Source of the DNA: Heptranchias perlo
Lineage: Eukaryota
DNA: 64,000 bases
Assembly: GCF_035084215.1 (NCBI RefSeq)
Contig: NC_090362.1
Location: forward strand, 5,828,001 to 5,892,000
Reading direction: 5' to 3'
How positions within the stretch are numbered: the first letter of the stretch is position 1; each line of letters begins with the position of its first letter. This document shows positions 60,101-64,000 of the stretch, one piece after another. Both the position numbers and the translations under genes were made by a program. The notes under the pieces are model-generated. The model made no database searches and was not told the DNA's origin. It saw nothing but the letters and a program-made list of their open reading frames with translations.

Positions 60101-61576
60101 CTGATAATGGGTGCAAGGACATCAGTTAGTCCTGTAAACGGAAATATCTTTGTAAATATTGTCTTTTTAATTGGGGTTTCTGTAGGAGGAGGAAATTAGC
60201 TGGTGCTGAATGGTACAGAACCAAAGACAGACTCAAAATTACAGGGTATCACTTGGTGGAATAGCAATTTTTTGTAAATTATTGCTAAGATAATGAAGTA
60301 AGAGAGTTATATCGAACTCGTTAGTTCAATGGAAAAAGATCTCATTAGTCAGGAAACCAGCTTATTACCTACAGTTATCAATAAGAGATAATTTAAATAG
60401 ATTCTCCTTATATGGAGTTGTATTTTAACTTTTGGTATCATATTGTAACCATCACTAGTGATTGGACTAGCTTTTAAGTGCTTGTTAAGCATTATTGCAT
60501 GTACTGCACGCTTAATAAATCTATGAACACTTGTGCTCAATATTTCAAGAATCTTGTTGAATTTGAGGATTAGATAGAACATCTAATCATAAATAAAAAC
60601 CATCCTCTAACAGAGGATGAGACCGGAATGCTACCAGGAATGAGGGAATTCAGTTATGTGGAAAGACTGGAGAAGCTGGGATTGTTTTCCTTAGAACAGA
60701 GAAGGTTATGAGACGATTTAATAGAAGTGTTCAAAATTATGAAAGGTATTGATAGCGTAAATAAAGAGAAACTGTTTCCATTGGCAGGAAGGTCGGTAAC
60801 CAGAGGACACGGATTGAAGATAATTGGCAAACGAACCGGGGGATATGAGGAAAATAAATGTTTACACAGCGAGTTATTACGATCTGGAATGCACTGCCCG
60901 AGAGGGTGGGGGAAGCAGATTCAATAGTAACTTTCAAAAGGGAACTGGATATATTTTGGAAAAGGATAAATTTGCAGGTCAATTTGAAAGAGCAGGGGAG
61001 TGGGACTAATTGGATAGCCCTTTCAAAGAGCCGGCACAGGCACGATGGGCTGAATGGCCTCCTACTGTGCTGCATTAATCTATGAGAAGAAGACTTTTCA
61101 GCCCATTGTATCAGTGCTGGCTCTTTACCAGAACAATCTCATTGCCCCGCTCTCCCCACAGTCCTGTATCTTTCTCTGCTTCAAATGTTTATCCCATTCT
61201 CATTTAAAAGATGCAATGATCTCGGCCTCAACCAGTCCCTGTGGAAAACATTCCAAACTCCAACAACCCTCTGTGTAAAGACATTTCTCCAAACCTCTCT
61301 CCTCACTCTCTTAGTGACAATTTAAACTGACGACTCACGATTAAACCTTTAAACGGCACAGCAAGAACTGTGATACGAGCACATTAAACACCCGCAGGAG
61401 AACAGCACCGATGGGAATCGATATCTTTCAATCTTTATATTTCTCCATTGAGATACAGATCGACACTGAAATTTCCAGACAAGAAATATGTTGAAGATTA
61501 ACTGAAAGTATTAATCCTTACCTGTAGCATGTTGGAACAGAAGGAACAGACCCACAAACAAAGCACTGAGCATCAT
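51173..61576 (-). CDS. Uncharacterised Ig-superfamily type I membrane receptor: complement(join(51173..51204,52091..52210,52442..52924,53626..54033,55355..55837,56382..56789,61522..61576)), ~662 aa
   Basis: Leader exon, four phase-1 V-type Ig exons, TM exon and short tail exon, all GT/AG and in frame. The last exon assignment is less certain. Confidence 0.75.
51390..51990 (+). mobile_element. CR1 LINE 3' fragment (intronic, antisense to the receptor gene)
   Basis: ALEGVQRRFTRMI...FFTQRVVEIWN. Confidence 0.9.
52091..52210 (-). CDS. Transmembrane exon (PYTRCTDRR-MYVLVLYLFVIICIDGVSICII-RRKRQSAK)
   Basis: ctgcAG acceptor, GTAAAC donor, hydrophobic run followed by basic stop-transfer residues. 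Confidence 0.8.
52442..52924 (-). CDS. Ig V-set exon V2' with Ser/Thr stalk
   Basis: GESVTLPC, FW, LTI...DTGRYLC; 483 bp, phase 1-1. Confidence 0.9.
53340..53615. repeat. Degenerate GATACCTCCCC minisatellite (also 56020-56370)
   Basis: 11-12 bp units directly after the V1 exon donor in both duplicated units. Confidence 0.9.
53626..54033 (-). CDS. Divergent Ig exon V1'
   Basis: GDFTTLQC, KVTWW, SLTF...VFTC; 408 bp, phase 1-1. Confidence 0.8.
55355..55837 (-). CDS. Ig V-set exon V2 with Ser/Thr stalk
   Basis: Duplicate of 52442..52924 with several substitutions. Confidence 0.9.
56382..56789 (-). CDS. Divergent Ig exon V1
   Basis: Duplicate of 53626..54033 (S/F and W/L differences). Confidence 0.8.
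57430..58260 (+). mobile_element. CR1 LINE 3' fragment
   Basis: TLVRPHLKYCEQFWSPY...LEKVQKRFTRMIP. Confidence 0.9.
58525..58880 (-). mobile_element. CR1 LINE 3' fragment
   Basis: Reverse-complement CR1 3' region. Confidence 0.75.
58898..59082. repeat. Minisatellite, 29-bp unit CCCCCATTACACAGAGTCTGGATAGAGAT, ~6 copies
   Basis: Direct tandem repeat with period 29. Confidence 0.95.
59095..60000 (+). mobile_element. Second CR1/L2-superfamily LINE family, RT C-terminus and 3' tail
   Basis: cagggcagcatcctaggccc (QGSILGP), QQDLDNIQAWA, LDTIQAKA; same family on the - strand at 62355-63390 and 63830-64000. Confidence 0.85.
60625..61085 (+). mobile_element. CR1 LINE 3' fragment
   Basis: FTQRVITIWNALPER. 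Confidence 0.85.
61522..61576 (-). CDS. Signal-peptide exon MMLSALFVGLFLLFQHAT(G)
   Basis: 55-bp phase-1 leader with ACAG|GTAAGG donor. Confidence 0.8.
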
Positions 61577-62354
61577 TTCAGATTCTGAAATGGATTTTGC
61601 TCTTCAGAAGCTGGGCGGCTGTTTCACCATCGCGTTCTGATCTGTGAGAGAAAAAGAGAAGTGTAACTTTTAGAGGTGATGATGAGAAAAGAAACTTCCT
61701 GTTCGACCATCTCAGATGAAATGTGTGATCTGACGTTGAATTAATGGACCTGGGAACAGCAATTGGGCTGTTTGTTCAACCCTCCAACCAGAGAAGGGAC
61801 TGGAGAGGTGAATACAAAGTGCAAACTATGAGTGTGCCACTGTGCATCACAGTGATAGTGAGTAACACACCCAACAGATACGTTAACGGCCCCCTAGCAT
61901 GATGTAGATAATAACAGTCTGGAGTACAAGAGCTTTTAGTCAACAGTAACATCAGATCAACGCCCCCCAACCCACTCTCCCACTCTCCCCCACCCCACTG
62001 CTCCCCCCACTCTTCCCCCCCCCCCCCCACCTTGCAGAGGATTAACATGGGAGACAATTTAAATGTTGCGTCACAAGATCACAATATCAATACCGTTGAG
62101 AGAGTGTTAGCTCCACCCCCACGTGCCATCTAACTGGACCTTGGATAAATCGAAGGTCCCGCTCCTCATTACCTTACCAGCAACAACAGTCCCAGTGTTG
62201 ATCAGTCTTTGTGTGAAGAAATTCTTCCCGATGTCTGTTCAAATTTCATTCCACCAGTGTTAGCTCAAACCCCTTGTTCTAGTATCTTGCATTACCTTCA
62301 AGTGGATTCGATTTGCTGTATCCACACTGTTTAATATCATTTATTTGATCATTC

Positions 62355-63390
62355 TTCAGTATGTGGGCGTCGCTGACAATTCCGGCATTTATTGCCCATC
62401 CCTAGTTGCCCCTTGAAAAGGTGGTGATGGGACTTCTTCTTGAAATGCTGCAGTCCATGTGGTGAAGGTGTTCCCACAATGCTTTTAGGTCTGGAGTTCC
62501 AGTATTTTGACTCAGGGACACTGAAGAAACTGCTGGTGTATGTCCAAGCCGGAATGCTTTGTGACTTGGATGGGAACTTGGAGGTGAAGGTTTTCCCACG
62601 TACCTGCTGCCCTTGTCCATCTAGGTGCTGGAGGTCATGGGTTTAGGAAGTGTTGCCAAAGAAGCCTTGACGAGTTGTTTCAGTGCATCCTGTAGACAGT
62701 ACACACTGCAGCCATGTGCGCCGGTGGTGGAGGGAGTGGATGTTTCAGGTGGTAGATGAATGGGCTGCCCATTAAGGGGACTGCTTTGTCCTGGATGGTG
62801 TTGAGCTTCTTGAATGTTGTTGCAGCTGTACCCATCCAGGTAACTGGAGAGTATTCCATAACACTCCTGACATGTGCCTTGTAGGTGTTGGAGAAGCTTT
62901 GGGGAGTCGGGAGGTGAGCCACTCGCTGCAGAATACCCAGCCTCTGACCTGCTCTAGTAGCCATATCATTTATGTGGCTTATCTAGTTGAGTTTCTGGTC
63001 AATGCTGACCCCACGCCCCCCAAGGATGTTGACGGTGCGGGATTTGGTGATGGTTATACCACTGAATGTCAAGGGGAGGTTGTTAGGCTCTCTCTTGAAG
63101 ATGGTCATTGCCTGGCAAATATGGGGTGCAAATGTTACTTGCCACTGATCAGCCCAAGCCTGGATGTTGTCCAGGTCTTGCTGCATGCAGGCATGGACTG
63201 CTTCATTATCTGAGGAATTGCGAATGGAACTGAACACTGAAAAAATCAGTGACCTTATGAAGGAGGAAAGGTCATTGATGAAGCAGCTGAAGATAATTGG
63301 GATTGGATGACGCATGAGGAACTACTGCAGCGATGTCCCCCTGGGGATGAGGTGTTGGCCTCCAAAATCATCCACAACCATCTTCCTTTA
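62355..63390 (-). mobile_element. LINE fragment (same family as 59095-60000)
   Basis: FSCFINDLSS, QQDLDNIQAWADQWQVTF, YKAHVRSVMEYSP. Confidence 0.88.
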
Positions 63391-64000
63391 TGCCTGAAAA
63401 TCCACTTCATTGACCAAGCTTTTGGTCACACTTTCTATTACCTCTTTCTTTAGCTCAGATTCCAATGTTTGCTCACAGCTCTGTGGGACGGGCATGTTGG
63501 GAACAGTTTGGTTTTTGAACCAGTTCCTCTTTATCATCTTTTTACTTAGAAATCTTGAATCAGAGGAACAAATGAAAAAGAGGAAGTCTGCTTAATGTGA
63601 TCAACAGAAATCTAACTCGAGGTTTATTAGTTGCAGTTCCCCCACCCAAATAAAGGTCCCACCAGCCTAGAAATACCTGAAAACTGTTATTGCAGATCAC
63701 AATAAAAATGGGGCAATCATTAACCAGCAGCAATACCCAAGACAGAATCCATTTGTACATTCGGCTGAATCTCACACCCACTTCTACATCCAACGAGCTG
63801 TAAATAGCCGAGCCTTTTACACTTGCTTCACTTGAGAAGGTGGTGCTGGGCCTTCTTCTTGAACCGCTGCAGTCCGTGTGGTGAAGGTGCTCGCACAGAG
63901 CTATTAGGTCGGGAATTCCAGGATTTTGACCCAACAACAATGAAGGAGACGTGGCAATAGGAACAGTATGTGACTTGGAGGGGAGCTTAGAGATGATGGT

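Overview
Vertebrate genomic DNA, by repeat content most likely a cartilaginous fish (inference from abundant CR1 LINEs, Deu-domain SINEs with L2-type tails and Penelope-like fragments). Left third: a tail-to-tail inverted duplication of hydroxylysine kinase (HYKK/AGPHD1). A + copy shows only its last two exons in the window; a - copy has all four coding exons (376 aa); a ~3 kb spacer separates the arms. 17.5-23.6 kb: a cluster of nested LTR-retroelement remains, including a frameshifted env-like gene with an N-terminal immunoglobulin domain and several solo LTRs with 4-bp TSDs. 24.9-41.6 kb: complete PSMA4 (proteasome alpha 4, 261 aa, 8 coding exons) with a CpG-island promoter. Its introns and 3' flank hold Penelope-type insertions carrying minimal hammerhead ribozymes, one inside a perfect 185-bp palindrome. 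51-61.6 kb: an unnamed - strand Ig-superfamily receptor (leader, V1-V2-V1'-V2', TM with an Asp, short tail). It appears to have been built by fusing two tandem paralogs and probably belongs to a tandem cluster. No prokaryotic features and no CRISPR arrays. Exon coordinates were read by eye from GT/AG sites; repeat boundaries are approximate unless a TSD is given.
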